Below are positions 1 through 8,774 of a stretch of DNA of 53,419 nt, in pieces. Source of the stretch: a virus. Lineage: Duplodnaviria > Caudoviricetes. A model generated the notes under the pieces. It had not been told where the DNA came from. It worked only from the letters and a program-made list of their open reading frames with translations, and searched no databases. The position numbers and the translations under genes were made by a program. How positions within the stretch are numbered: the stretch's first letter is position 1; every line of letters begins with the position of its first letter. Location: positions 1-53,419 of the IMG/VR virus record IMGVR_UViG_3300050501_000354; one strand, 5' to 3'.

Positions 1-379
1 CAGCGTAGCACAGAGTGGGGTCAGGCGTCAAGGAGGCGTCTGACCCGTCTGATAATGTCTTGCGAATCAGCCGCCCAGTGCTGTGGCGAAAACGCCAGCA
101 CTGTCCACTCGTTGGTGGTCAGGATAATGCTGCTGCTTGCCAACCCGACGGCAACGTGCTGCTCCGGCCACGCCAAATCAAACCGCTTGCCATCGCCGAG
201 TGGATAATCCGCCACCGGCTGCGGATAACTGGGTGCGGCAGCTCGAAAGAAATCAATGAACTCCTGTTGAAATTCGTGCTCGCTCATCCTCGCCTCCTCG
301 GCATTCTATTCCTCGCCTTTCCGGCGTATGGGAATATGCCCCTCGTCCACCAGCCAATCATACGCCTGCTGGGTGATCC
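1..379. repeat. Left copy of imperfect terminal direct repeat (matches 53035-53419); 253-379 is identical to the last 127 bp
   Basis: Direct comparison of both ends; substitutions and a replaced segment in 1-252, exact identity from 253 on. Confidence 0.95.
21..287 (-). CDS. DUF559/Vsr-like PD-(D/E)xK-fold protein, probably inactive (copy 1)
   Basis: SEHEF...PQPVADYPL...RFDLAWPEQHVAVG resembles the RFDFAWP-x-(K/R)VAVE motif, but the E is missing. Confidence 0.55.
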   Translation of the reverse strand: MSEHEFQQEFIDFFRAAAPSYPQPVADYPLGDGKRFDLAWPEQHVAVGLASSSIILTTNEWTVLAFSPQHWAADSQDIIRRVRRLLDA

Positions 380-671
380 GATTGGCATCGTCGGCACTAA
401 TCGGGGTCCCGGTCAGAACCACAATCTCGATGATCGGGTCATCGTCGCGGGTGCTGTCGGTGTGAATCTTCGTTGCTACCAGCTCCATGATTTCTGCACC
501 TTCGAGCACCAGATCGTACGTCGGTTTGCCATCCGGCAGGTAACGGAAGTATGGTGCGGCACCTGGCATGTCTGTGTAGCTCATGTAGATGATTCTCATC
601 TCGACATCGCACCCCCTCACCGCCCCTCCGCCAGCAACGGCAGCATAGAGCGGGTCAGGCGTCAAGCGCAC
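306..671 (-). CDS. Hypothetical protein
   Basis: ORF packed in the minus-strand operon. Confidence 0.6.
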   Translation of the reverse strand: MRLTPDPLYAAVAGGGAVRGCDVEMRIIYMSYTDMPGAAPYFRYLPDGKPTYDLVLEGAEIMELVATKIHTDSTRDDDPIIEIVVLTGTPISADDANRITQQAYDWLVDEGHIPIRRKGEE

Positions 672-1125
672 GTCTGACCCTCTTGATAATGTCTTGCGAA
701 TCCGCCGCCCAGTGCTGTGGCGTAAACGCCAGGACTGTCCACTCGTTGGTGGTCAGGATAATGCTGCCGCTTGCCAACCCGACGGCAACGTGCTGCTCCG
801 GCCACGCCAAATCAAACCGCTTGCCATCGCCGAGTGGATAATCCGCCACCGGCTGCGGATACCCCGCTGCCTCACGCTTGAACATCTCGACAAACTCCTG
901 TTGAAAATCGTGCTCGCTCACCCTCACCGCATCAAATTCTGGGTGCGCAGCGCGATAGCAGTCATCATGAGCGAGAACACGCGGCGACACATTAACCACT
1001 CGCACCACCTTGACATCCTCGCGCGTGAACGGTTTGCCGCAATACGGACAGGGGGTTTCGATCCAGCCCGCAAAATTCAGCATGACCGGCGCTTCAACCA
1101 GTTCCGGTGACTTTTCGTCGCTCAT
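655..1125 (-). CDS. Zn-finger-like N-terminus (CPYC...HxxC) fused to DUF559-like domain (copy 2)
   Basis: C-terminal ~88 aa are paralogous to 21-287 and 53055-53327; SD GAGG. Confidence 0.65.
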   Translation of the reverse strand: MSDEKSPELVEAPVMLNFAGWIETPCPYCGKPFTREDVKVVRVVNVSPRVLAHDDCYRAAHPEFDAVRVSEHDFQQEFVEMFKREAAGYPQPVADYPLGDGKRFDLAWPEQHVAVGLASGSIILTTNEWTVLAFTPQHWAADSQDIIKRVRRALDA

Positions 1126-1133
1126 CCCTCACC

Positions 1134-1388
1134 TCACTCCATCTCTACCAGGTATTTCAGCAGCGCACGCACTTTCACGCCCGCCACCGAAAAAGCCCAG
1201 GCCACTTGGAAATCTTGCGGGGTAGGCTTCGTGAGCAGTTCGGCAGGGGCCTTGCGCTCAATCTCCTCAAGCAGCGCTTTCATCATGGCGTGCTCTTGGC
1301 GCAGGCGCTCAACGCGCGTTTCGTCTTCGCTCTTGACCGCGCCCTGCAGATGGGCGGCATCAGTAGGGTCGAACTTGTGCTCTGCCAT
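1134..1388 (-). CDS. Hypothetical protein
   Basis: ORF with GAGG SD, operon packing. Confidence 0.65.
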   Translation of the reverse strand: MAEHKFDPTDAAHLQGAVKSEDETRVERLRQEHAMMKALLEEIERKAPAELLTKPTPQDFQVAWAFSVAGVKVRALLKYLVEME

Positions 1389-1408
1389 CTACTCACCTCG
1401 CTCATCCC

Positions 1409-1888
1409 TCACCGCCCGTCACTGAGCATCGGCAGCGCCCGCTCCACCAGCGCCTGCATCATCGTCACACCCTTGTCGTCAATCAGGTACGGCACAATCG
1501 GCTCGTAGCCCGGCTGGTAGAACTTGGCGTAGAGTTGCGCTTCGAGCGCGTTTCGCACCAGATACAGCGCCTGCGCCAATGCCCGTTCTTTCTTCCTGGG
1601 CGTTTCGTTGCGAATGGGCAGAGCCACACAATCAATCCGCCCCTTCTGTCCAAAATGGGTAAAGTGAATCTGATAGCCATAGCGCACGGGCTTGTCACTC
1701 GTCTTGCCTGTCATGAACAGCACATTGGCGCAATCCAGCCGCTTGAGCACCGCCTTGATTTCGGTCTGTATCTGGTCAATGGATTTCTCGGTTGCGCACC
1801 CCGGAATATCCTTGGCCGTGATGTCGTCATAGAACGGCGTCTCCAGGTGCTGCGGCTGTCGCTCGTCAGGAATAAAGTTGACCATCAC
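1409..1888 (-). CDS. Hypothetical phage protein
   Basis: 159-aa globular-looking ORF, overlapping start/stop with neighbour. Confidence 0.7.
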   Translation of the reverse strand: MMVNFIPDERQPQHLETPFYDDITAKDIPGCATEKSIDQIQTEIKAVLKRLDCANVLFMTGKTSDKPVRYGYQIHFTHFGQKGRIDCVALPIRNETPRKKERALAQALYLVRNALEAQLYAKFYQPGYEPIVPYLIDDKGVTMMQALVERALPMLSDGR

Positions 1889-2067
1889 TCGCCCCGTTCC
1901 AGTTTCTCAACCCGTGCCCGCAGGTCATCAACCTGCCGCTGCTGTTCATCGATGACCACGAACAACAACGCGCACAGCATACGCCAGTCCCATTCCGGGC
2001 GTGCGCCATGCCGCGATGCGAGACCGTGACCCAGGTCTTGTATCTCCATCTCTTGCTTGGTTGCCAT
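1885..2067 (-). CDS. Small coiled-coil hypothetical protein
   Basis: Abuts the parB stop; overlaps next start. Confidence 0.55.
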   Translation of the reverse strand: MATKQEMEIQDLGHGLASRHGARPEWDWRMLCALLFVVIDEQQRQVDDLRARVEKLERGE

Positions 2068-3192
2068 CTACTCACCTCGCTCAATCTTCTCCAGCCAGCG
2101 CCGGTGCTCGTCGAACAGTTGGGATATTTGCCGCCGCTCCCCCTGCCCTACCGCGCCATATTTGCGCATGATCTTCTCAATCTTGCGCCGTTCTTCGGCC
2201 AGAAACTGCTGGATACTGCCCACCATGTCAGCAGTGGGGGAGTCGCCTACCGTTACAGTTGTAACGCTATCGCCGTCGTTTGGGATAAAATTGCGAAGCT
2301 TGCCCTCCGTCCAATTCTCGTCGTCGGCCAGCCGCCACACCGCATCCGGCAGCCGCAGCAACCGCCGGTACTGGCGCACTTGCCCTCCATCCTTCAACCC
2401 CATCGCTTGCAGCAGCCGTTCGGTTTGCCCACGCGGAATCCGGTACACATCCCCGTCCGCCACCTGGGCGTAATACTCGCGCTCGCTCTCGAAGGCATCC
2501 AGGGGATGGAAACGGTCAGCGCCCAGCACATCAATGATGAGAATGGCAAGCTGGCGAGCGCGGGCAATCGCGTTCAAATTGTCGCGCGCGTTGTTCTCCG
2601 CCGCCTGCCGCCACACGTTGGGCGTCTCCACCACGCGGGCCGGCATCTGCGCCCACTCGTCACCCTCGAACAGCAGGTGCAGCAGGTGGTACGCCAGCCA
2701 GCGCCGCTCGCCCGTCTCCAGGCGGTAACCAAGTCCTGCCCGTGCTACCGTGATGGGATTAATCAGCCCGTCGCGGTAAATTCCAGCCGCCACCTCGACC
2801 AGCTTGCGCAGCGCCGCGCCTGCCGAAGATTCTTCCCCCGCCGCCTCGTAGTCGAATCCGCTCTCGCCCTGCACCATCAGGCGTACCGACTCCCGATAAT
2901 TGGCTTGCGGCAATCCGTCAATGCCATACACCAGCCACGCATCGAGCAGAGCTGGCACACCGTCGGGCAGCCCGTCCCACCCCTGCCGCACGTCGCTGGG
3001 AATCGTGCGCCGCGGCTGGCCCAGGTCGGGGTAAATCTCGAAGATCGAAATGGGTTCGGCCACCTGCCGGCCAGCATCCACGTGCGCGATCGCGCCGTAC
3101 ATGCTCTGGTCAAAGTCGATGAGGCTGCCTCCGCCAGCACCGTTGTTGTCCAGCAGATTCTCGCGGTCTCGCCCGCGCTTGGAGGCCATCAC
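2068..3192 (-). CDS. parB: ParB/Spo0J-family partition protein
   Basis: QPRR, GLINPITV, TGERRWLA (GxRR), AAENNARDNL motifs; directly downstream of parA. Confidence 0.9.
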   Translation of the reverse strand: MMASKRGRDRENLLDNNGAGGGSLIDFDQSMYGAIAHVDAGRQVAEPISIFEIYPDLGQPRRTIPSDVRQGWDGLPDGVPALLDAWLVYGIDGLPQANYRESVRLMVQGESGFDYEAAGEESSAGAALRKLVEVAAGIYRDGLINPITVARAGLGYRLETGERRWLAYHLLHLLFEGDEWAQMPARVVETPNVWRQAAENNARDNLNAIARARQLAILIIDVLGADRFHPLDAFESEREYYAQVADGDVYRIPRGQTERLLQAMGLKDGGQVRQYRRLLRLPDAVWRLADDENWTEGKLRNFIPNDGDSVTTVTVGDSPTADMVGSIQQFLAEERRKIEKIMRKYGAVGQGERRQISQLFDEHRRWLEKIERGE

Positions 3193-3977
3193 TGCACCGC
3201 CAGCCGCTCGACCAGCGCCCGCGCTTCACGGGACGCGGCGCTTCGGGGTGCAACCGCAAAAACGGTGCGGGACTGGCCGCTCGCTTCTGCCCAGGTAATC
3301 CGCTGCGGCAGCGGCTGCCATACCAGCTCGCCGTAATGCCGGACGAGCAGGTTTAGGTTTTCCTCATGCTCGACGGTGGATTTGCGATACATATTCGGGA
3401 TGATCGCCAGCTTGCGGATCGGCCCCAGGTGCGGGCGTCGCATCGCGGTCGCCTCATCCGTGTGCGCCATCGAATCCACCAGCCCCGCCATCGGCAGCCG
3501 TTCGCATATCGTCGGGTAGATGATCGCATCGGCAGCCGCATAAATGAGGGAGTGCAAGAGCGATGGGGTAGGGGCAGTATCAATGATGATGTCGTCCACC
3601 CCTGCCTTGAGAAGCTGCTCCAGCCGGCGGCGCAGTTTCCACACCTCCTGCACCTGCATCGGAATCACCCGCGTCTCCAGGTTGCCGGGCATCAGAAAAA
3701 GCTGACCCTCCGCACGCCCGTGTGCCGCATAGACCTCCGGGCTGACGAACAGCAGGCAGTCTTTCAAATCGGCGTCCCGCACCAGCAGGTTGTAGAATCC
3801 CGGCGACGCGCGAAAGCCAAGCGATTTCGTCAGGCTGCCCTGCTCGTCGGCATCAAGGAGTGCGACCTTGCGGCCCAGCACCGCCAGACCGGCGGCCAGG
3901 GCGGCGGCCAGGGTGCTCTTACCCACCCCGCCCTTCTCAGAATGTATAACCGTAATTGCCTTCATTTGCCTATCCAT
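3189..3977 (-). CDS. parA: ParA/Soj-family ATPase
   Basis: KGGVGKST deviant Walker A, DADEQGS, IIIDTAP Walker B. Confidence 0.95.
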   Translation of the reverse strand: MDRQMKAITVIHSEKGGVGKSTLAAALAAGLAVLGRKVALLDADEQGSLTKSLGFRASPGFYNLLVRDADLKDCLLFVSPEVYAAHGRAEGQLFLMPGNLETRVIPMQVQEVWKLRRRLEQLLKAGVDDIIIDTAPTPSLLHSLIYAAADAIIYPTICERLPMAGLVDSMAHTDEATAMRRPHLGPIRKLAIIPNMYRKSTVEHEENLNLLVRHYGELVWQPLPQRITWAEASGQSRTVFAVAPRSAASREARALVERLAVQ

Positions 3978-4030
3978 CCTTTCTTGCTATACTAGCGAAT
4001 TGTGACCCGAACTTCCATCGCGGGTCAGGA

Positions 4031-4053
4031 GCGCCCTGCCGAAACCAGGGCGC
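4031..4053. terminator. GC hairpin after the 4060-4596 gene
   Basis: GCGCCCTG-N7-CAGGGCGC. Confidence 0.45.
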
Positions 4054-4059
4054 CTCCAT

Positions 4060-4596
4060 CTAACCTGTTGTAATCCGCTCAAACTCCAGCTTCCACGACT
4101 GCCGCACATTCGATACTTCAATCAGCGCCGTGCATTCCAGCGAGGTAAAAATTGCCTCAGCGCCAGCGTTCGCTTCCCCCTCGCTCAGAATAAACAACCC
4201 TGGCGTAAAGAACGACGTGCCTGCGCCGCACTCGCCCTCCAGCGGATTCACAGACGCGATGAAGTACCCGTCCGTTATCACCCGCGCCCGGTACACGCCC
4301 GCCGGGAACGTCACCGGCCCCAGCACCATGTTAGCCGATCCCTGAAACACCAGCGCGTCACACAACGCCCGCATCACCTGAAGACGGTTCTGCACCTGCT
4401 GGAGCGCGTCCATCGCCCCCACCAGGTCGCCCGACTCAATCGCCGGTAAGGCAGTCCCTACTCGTTCTTGCAACGCCGCCACCAGTTCCGTCATACTCTC
4501 TGCTGTACACTCTGTCGGCAGATCAGGCACATCTTCCTGCGCCAGCACCGGCGCTGTCAGCGCCATCAGCAGAACCAGCAAAATGATAGGTCTCAT
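4060..4596 (-). CDS. Secreted protein (signal peptide), downstream of repressor; possible lysogenic conversion or superinfection exclusion
   Basis: Start reassigned to ATG 4596 (MRPIILLVLLMALTAPVLA-QE), SD GGAGG. Confidence 0.7.
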   Translation of the reverse strand: MRPIILLVLLMALTAPVLAQEDVPDLPTECTAESMTELVAALQERVGTALPAIESGDLVGAMDALQQVQNRLQVMRALCDALVFQGSANMVLGPVTFPAGVYRARVITDGYFIASVNPLEGECGAGTSFFTPGLFILSEGEANAGAEAIFTSLECTALIEVSNVRQSWKLEFERITTG

Positions 4597-4765
4597 CTTA
4601 GTACCCCCTCCAACTGACCGGTCCACCAGAATCCCAGCGCCACCAGCGCCAGCCACACCGCGAACACAACACGCTCGCCCTTCTGCATAGCCCCCTCCAT
4701 TTACCAGTGATGTGATCGGTCGCGCACCGATCATGCACCAGTATAAGAGGGCAGGGGAGACGGCG

Positions 4766-5008
4766 CTACTTTCCGCCGTTGCCATTTTCCTTGATGGTCA
4801 GCAAATCCCCCACATCGCAGTTGAAGTATTGACAAAAGGCGATGATGGTCTGTTCATCGAATGACGACACGCGCCCCTTGATCCACTTCAAAACCGTAGG
4901 TCTCGATAACCCCGTGGCATGCACAAGCGTCGTCGTGTCAACCGGGACACCTGTTTCAATCTGCTTCTTTGCCATTAGCTCAACAATGCGGGTTCTCACT
5001 TTTGCCAC
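4766..5008 (-). CDS. XRE/Cro-C1-type HTH repressor
   Basis: LVHATGLSRPTVLKW...FCQYFNCDVGDLL; divergent from early genes. Confidence 0.88.
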   Translation of the reverse strand: MAKVRTRIVELMAKKQIETGVPVDTTTLVHATGLSRPTVLKWIKGRVSSFDEQTIIAFCQYFNCDVGDLLTIKENGNGGK

Positions 5009-5027
5009 TCCCGTTTACCTTTCGTGT

Positions 5028-5038
5028 AGTGTAGCACA
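5028..5038 (-). promoter_or_regulatory. Extended -10 promoter of repressor
   Basis: TGTGCTACACT on minus strand, 20 nt upstream of start. Confidence 0.55.
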
Positions 5039-5082
5039 CCCGCTTATTAAAATCAACTACCGCTAATCTTTATTAGCGCCAC

Positions 5083-5112
5083 TTGACAGAAAAACATAGG
5101 CTGTATTATACT
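5083..5112 (+). promoter_or_regulatory. Sigma70-type rightward promoter
   Basis: TTGACA-N18-TATACT. Confidence 0.65.
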
Positions 5113-5342
5113 ACGGGTATGCTGCTTTAGAAACGTAAAATGTAGACTAACGCGAAGCACACTTTACGTCAACCAAACTCTAACGTTTCATTGCCCGAAC
5201 TGGAACACTCGCAATGCCCGTTTTTAGGAATCCGCTTTGCCAAAGGGGTGTAGACTTGAACCACTCGCATCCTTCATGGGGGAATCAAAAAGGCCAAGCC
5301 CGGCCTTCATACCGTTTTCACAAAAATCTAACCGCAATTGAA

Positions 5343-5372
5343 CTGACAATCGAACACGGTTTTCCGTATAAT
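5343..5372 (+). promoter_or_regulatory. Second rightward promoter
   Basis: CTGACA-N18-TATAAT in AT-rich intergenic DNA. Confidence 0.5.
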
Positions 5373-5561
5373 GTTGGAACAAGAGAATTAAGTAGCACAA
5401 TTATTAGAACACTAAAGGTCTATTTTAAGGTTCACGAATTTTGTAAATAAAAAAAGAGGCAGCCTGCTCCCGCCCCGGTCCATCAAACTAGTGCGAGAGT
5501 AAGCCGCCGCTACTACTACCCTCACCGCTTGACGTTGCGCACCGCTCCACAGTGAGGGTCA

Positions 5562-5607
5562 TGATTTCGCCCTAGAGGGGTATAGATCGCCTCCGGCGAC
5601 GAAATCA
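5562..5607 (+). repeat. Y-shaped palindromic element, family B
   Basis: TGATTTCG-CCCTAGAGGGG-TATAGA-TCGCCTCCGGCGA-CGAAATCA. Confidence 0.85.
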
Positions 5608-5781
5608 ACCAGGGTCGGTCGCCACCAGCCCACACAGCACACAAGACCACCCACGAACGCTTTCACATTCAGGAAGGTCGAGGACTATAGCCATGTGTTC
5701 AGGAATGCAGGTTTCGTACCCCGTAACTCACACTATATTCCCAATTCTTCCTTTACGCAAGAACCTCTATCAAAACGTATA

Positions 5782-5829
5782 CGATTTCGTCGGCCAAAGG
5801 CCGATCTATACCCCTCTGGGGCGAAATCG
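5782..5829 (-). repeat. Family B element, inverted orientation
   Basis: CGATTTCG...TATACCCCTCTGGGG-CGAAATCG. Confidence 0.85.
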
Positions 5830-5923
5830 AAAAGCGCTGCTCCGGGGAGGAGACAGGCGCTTTTGCTCACGTGAGAACAACCAGAGGAAAGGGGTACTTA
5901 TTGAATCCATCTCATTATAGCAC

Positions 5924-6004
5924 TGAACGGTCGCGACCGTTCACATTCGCCCGTAGGGACACGGCCCGCCTTGTCCTTGTAGGGGCGGACCCCCGTGTCC
6001 GCCC
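5924..6004. repeat. Family C palindrome followed by two GTAG-type REP-like hairpins
   Basis: TGAACGGTCGCGACCGTTCA; GTAGGGACA...TGTCC; GTAGGGGCGGAC...GTCCGCCC. Confidence 0.8.
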
Positions 6005-6024
6005 GCCTATCAAAGGAGCGTCCT

Positions 6025-6474
6025 TTGCCTACTAACAAATACAGACCCATCGGACAGAAACAATTGGAGCAGCTCATGGCACTCGACGCCGCCCGCCTGG
6101 AAGGTCGCGGCAGCCTCACCACCAACGACATCCCATACAATGCCTATGGCGTGAAAGGGTTGATGGCAAAGGGCTACATCGCTTCTTCCAACGGCGGCGG
6201 CTACCACATCACCGAAGCTGGCACGCGCGCCCTCATCAACCCTGACCAGCCCGTAAAGGTAAATGGCGCGGTCAAAATTAGCGGTGACCGCCCCTATACC
6301 CCCCCTATAGCCAAACCTGTAACCAACGGCCAAGCTGCGCCCTCCCCATGTTTGGGGAGGAATGGGGAGGGGTCTTGCCCCCACAAGCGCGTCCTCGAAA
6401 TCATCGCGCCCTACGTGCCCGAAGCCGCGCAACTGCTGGCGGCCCTCGAATCCATCGAACGGAGGGTTAAATGA
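6025..6474 (+). CDS. Hypothetical protein, possible winged-helix N-terminus
   Basis: TTG start after AAGGAG; LMAKGYI...YHITEAGTRAL pattern. Confidence 0.6.
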   Translation: MPTNKYRPIGQKQLEQLMALDAARLEGRGSLTTNDIPYNAYGVKGLMAKGYIASSNGGGYHITEAGTRALINPDQPVKVNGAVKISGDRPYTPPIAKPVTNGQAAPSPCLGRNGEGSCPHKRVLEIIAPYVPEAAQLLAALESIERRVK

Positions 6475-7076
6475 ACGAAGCGCCTGTCGAACTAACCACA
6501 CCGCCCAACGGGGAGGGGTTAAAACTCTACGACCCCGCCTACGTCAAAGCCCTCGAAGACCAGGTCGTCCTGCTCAAGATGCAGAACGGCATCGCCGCCC
6601 AGCTCCAGCCCGAACTGGAGAAGCTGCGCGCTGCGCTGCCCAGCACGGCTACCACCCGCAAACAGGTCTTCATGAACGAGGTGATGGCCGCCGATCTGGA
6701 GAAGCTGCTCAACGACGGCTACGAAAAGTGGCACGCTGAATTCAAGGGCAGCAAGCTCTACGTCGTCCTCGTCCGCGACATACCCGCCGAACCCACGCCC
6801 GACCCCGCAGGGGCGAGACATACCTCACCCGAAGCCGAGCCTTCGAAGCCTGCCGCGCGCCAGCCCGACGCCATCATTGACAACCTACCAGTAATCGAAG
6901 CCAGTCCACTTGAAAAAGAAATCCTTGGCGAGCCGGTCATGTCCGTCGCCGAGCGCTACATGGAAACGTCGCGGCAGCGCATCCAGACCGCCTTTCAACT
7001 CGGTTTCTCCCACACACTCCATCTACTCGATCACCAGCGGGCGCTCGTGCCCACCTTTGGAGGCGACTCATGGTAG
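6471..7076 (+). CDS. Hypothetical protein
   Basis: GGAGG SD, overlapping stop/start. Confidence 0.75.
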   Translation: MNEAPVELTTPPNGEGLKLYDPAYVKALEDQVVLLKMQNGIAAQLQPELEKLRAALPSTATTRKQVFMNEVMAADLEKLLNDGYEKWHAEFKGSKLYVVLVRDIPAEPTPDPAGARHTSPEAEPSKPAARQPDAIIDNLPVIEASPLEKEILGEPVMSVAERYMETSRQRIQTAFQLGFSHTLHLLDHQRALVPTFGGDSW

Positions 7077-7651
7077 CCATCATCCCCAAAGCGCCCAATG
7101 TCGCCCTCGAAGCGGAGGCACAAGCCTTCATCGCGCAGCACGTCAACACCAATACCGCGCTCACCCTTGGCGAAGTGCGCGCCTTCTTCTCCCGCATGAA
7201 CCAGGATGCCAAAGAGCGAGGCGATGAGCAGTCGCGCCTCTGGCTGCGCGACGCGTGGCAAAAAGTAAAAGGGCTAGCAGCCGAGAAAGATATCCTCAAC
7301 GCCGTTGCCGTCGGCGCGATCCTCGCCGAACGAGAAGCGGAACGCCAGCACCACGAACTCGCTCATGCGGTGCGCTACCAGGACGCCGGGCATCCGCTTG
7401 TCGGCGGGTTGATTCGCGGTGCGCATGGCGAGAATGAATACAACCGCCAGATTGACGCCTGGGACGGCGCGCGAGGTGATACGGTACTGGGCGTTCAGCG
7501 CATTTTGATGGAGACCTGTGGGCTGAACGAGCATGACGCCATTGCCTGGTCACGCCTGTTTGTCTACGGCGACGCCAGCTTTCTTCCGCCCGACGCCGCT
7601 GCTGCCATCGGCCAGGCCATGCGCCAGATTATGGAGACAGCCAATGTCTAG
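7070..7651 (+). CDS. Hypothetical protein
   Basis: GGAGG SD, operon packing. Confidence 0.75.
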   Translation: MVAIIPKAPNVALEAEAQAFIAQHVNTNTALTLGEVRAFFSRMNQDAKERGDEQSRLWLRDAWQKVKGLAAEKDILNAVAVGAILAEREAERQHHELAHAVRYQDAGHPLVGGLIRGAHGENEYNRQIDAWDGARGDTVLGVQRILMETCGLNEHDAIAWSRLFVYGDASFLPPDAAAAIGQAMRQIMETANV

Positions 7652-8009
7652 CCATGATTTTGTCGGCGATGAATTCCGTCGCCCGGATGGTTTCGCCCCA
7701 GAGGGGCATAGGTCGCCTCCGGCGACGAAACCAGATGCAGACCCGCAAGGCGGGCGGAATTCAGATATAGACCCGCCTCCCGGCGGGCAAAATCAAGCAC
7801 CCATTACCGGCCAGGGCGACGAGTTCTTCCACAAGCTGTCGGAATGGGAGATGTCCCAGCTTCGTAAGCTGCCCGCCGATTATTTCGGCGAGACGCAAAG
7901 CTGCACAGCCGTCGCCATCGAACCGGACATGGATACAGAACCTTATCCGCCGGACTATGACACGCGCCGGATATTACCCACGATCGTCGATTGCGAGGAG
8001 TGGGAATAA
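7644..8009 (+). CDS. Hypothetical protein whose N-terminal ~47 aa are encoded by nested palindromic elements
   Basis: ATG 7644 after GGAG; element 7655-7795 (141 bp) is in frame. Confidence 0.6.
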   Translation: MSSHDFVGDEFRRPDGFAPEGHRSPPATKPDADPQGGRNSDIDPPPGGQNQAPITGQGDEFFHKLSEWEMSQLRKLPADYFGETQSCTAVAIEPDMDTEPYPPDYDTRRILPTIVDCEEWE

Positions 8010-8030
8010 GAAAAGCCTCTTTCGAGGCCA

Positions 8031-8087
8031 TGATCGGTCGCGACCGATCAGTTGGGGCGGACAGACCTGGACGTGTGGCCCGCCCCT
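8031..8087. repeat. Family C palindrome plus REP-like hairpin
   Basis: TGATCGGTCGCGACCGATCA then GTTGGGGCGG...CCGCCCC. Confidence 0.75.
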
Positions 8088-8105
8088 TAATGAAAGGATA
8101 TTCCA

Positions 8106-8300
8106 ATGCCAGTATTTATTCAAGAAGGTGCACTCCTCTTGTATGACACCCGTATCAAATGGCACGGCTTCAAGTTTCCGCCCGAACGGGTCGAGGTGGT
8201 CAAGGTGGGGAAGAAGCGTGTGAAGATTGACCTCGATGGCCGCCATACCTGGGTTACGCCCAGGTATCTCTTTCCTATCGGTGGCCGCCGTGTGCACTGA
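8106..8300 (+). CDS. Small SH3/KOW-like hypothetical protein
   Basis: AAGGA SD; VEVVKVGKKRVKI...WVTP pattern. Confidence 0.6.
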   Translation: MPVFIQEGALLLYDTRIKWHGFKFPPERVEVVKVGKKRVKIDLDGRHTWVTPRYLFPIGGRRVH

Positions 8301-8496
8301 AAACGGACAAGCCACCCTCACGGAGTGTGCTGAGCGAGTCATGGAAGACTATCGCCGCATCGCCGCCTTCATCCGCGCCTATGAACCGGAGGACGAGGAC
8401 GTGCAGCGGGAGGCGCAGTCCGCCCTCAACCACCTGCGCATCGTCGCTGGCAAGCTCGCCTATCTCGCCGTCACGATGGATGCGAAAGGGGACTAA
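8290..8496 (+). CDS. Hypothetical protein
   Basis: GTG start overlapping upstream stop. Confidence 0.55.
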   Translation: MCTENGQATLTECAERVMEDYRRIAAFIRAYEPEDEDVQREAQSALNHLRIVAGKLAYLAVTMDAKGD

Positions 8497-8498
8497 CC

Positions 8499-8774
8499 AT
8501 GTCGAACCACAACGGAGAGGTGCTGCTGCCTACGAACGTTGTCCACGCCAACATCCTGTTTTACAACCGGCGCTGCGCGGCTACCTTCGTGCTATGCGAA
8601 AATGAAACTGGCTGGACGGTGCTTATGCTGTTCGGCGCCCACGAAGCCAGCGCGGTGCTGTCAGAGGGCACACCGCTGCCGCACGATGCTGCCCTGGTCG
8701 TCTTTCCTGAGCATGAGCGCGGCAACTACTACCGCGACGTCTCCTACCATGCTTCGATGAGCCGGAGACGCTGA
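8499..8774 (+). CDS. Hypothetical protein
   Basis: Operon packing, SD. Confidence 0.6.
   Translation: MSNHNGEVLLPTNVVHANILFYNRRCAATFVLCENETGWTVLMLFGAHEASAVLSEGTPLPHDAALVVFPEHERGNYYRDVSYHASMSRRR

Noticed and set aside
1-379. True physical terminal repeats or attL/attR
   Set aside because: The copies are diverged and cut through genes, and the exact match is 127 bp, which fits assembly overlap of a circular or permuted genome.
1-920. Diversity-generating retroelement (TR/VR pair) among the three paralogous repeats
   Set aside because: No reverse transcriptase in the window; differences are not adenine-specific and include block replacement.
3985-3993. Plus-strand TGCTATACT promoter for an antisense RNA upstream of parA
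   Set aside because: A single motif with no supporting -35 or U-tract terminator; too weak to call.
5214-5920. ORFs 5214-5450 and 5693-5920 as genes (for example cro)
   Set aside because: No HTH signature and weak SDs; they overlap promoters and palindromic elements, so the region is more likely regulatory.
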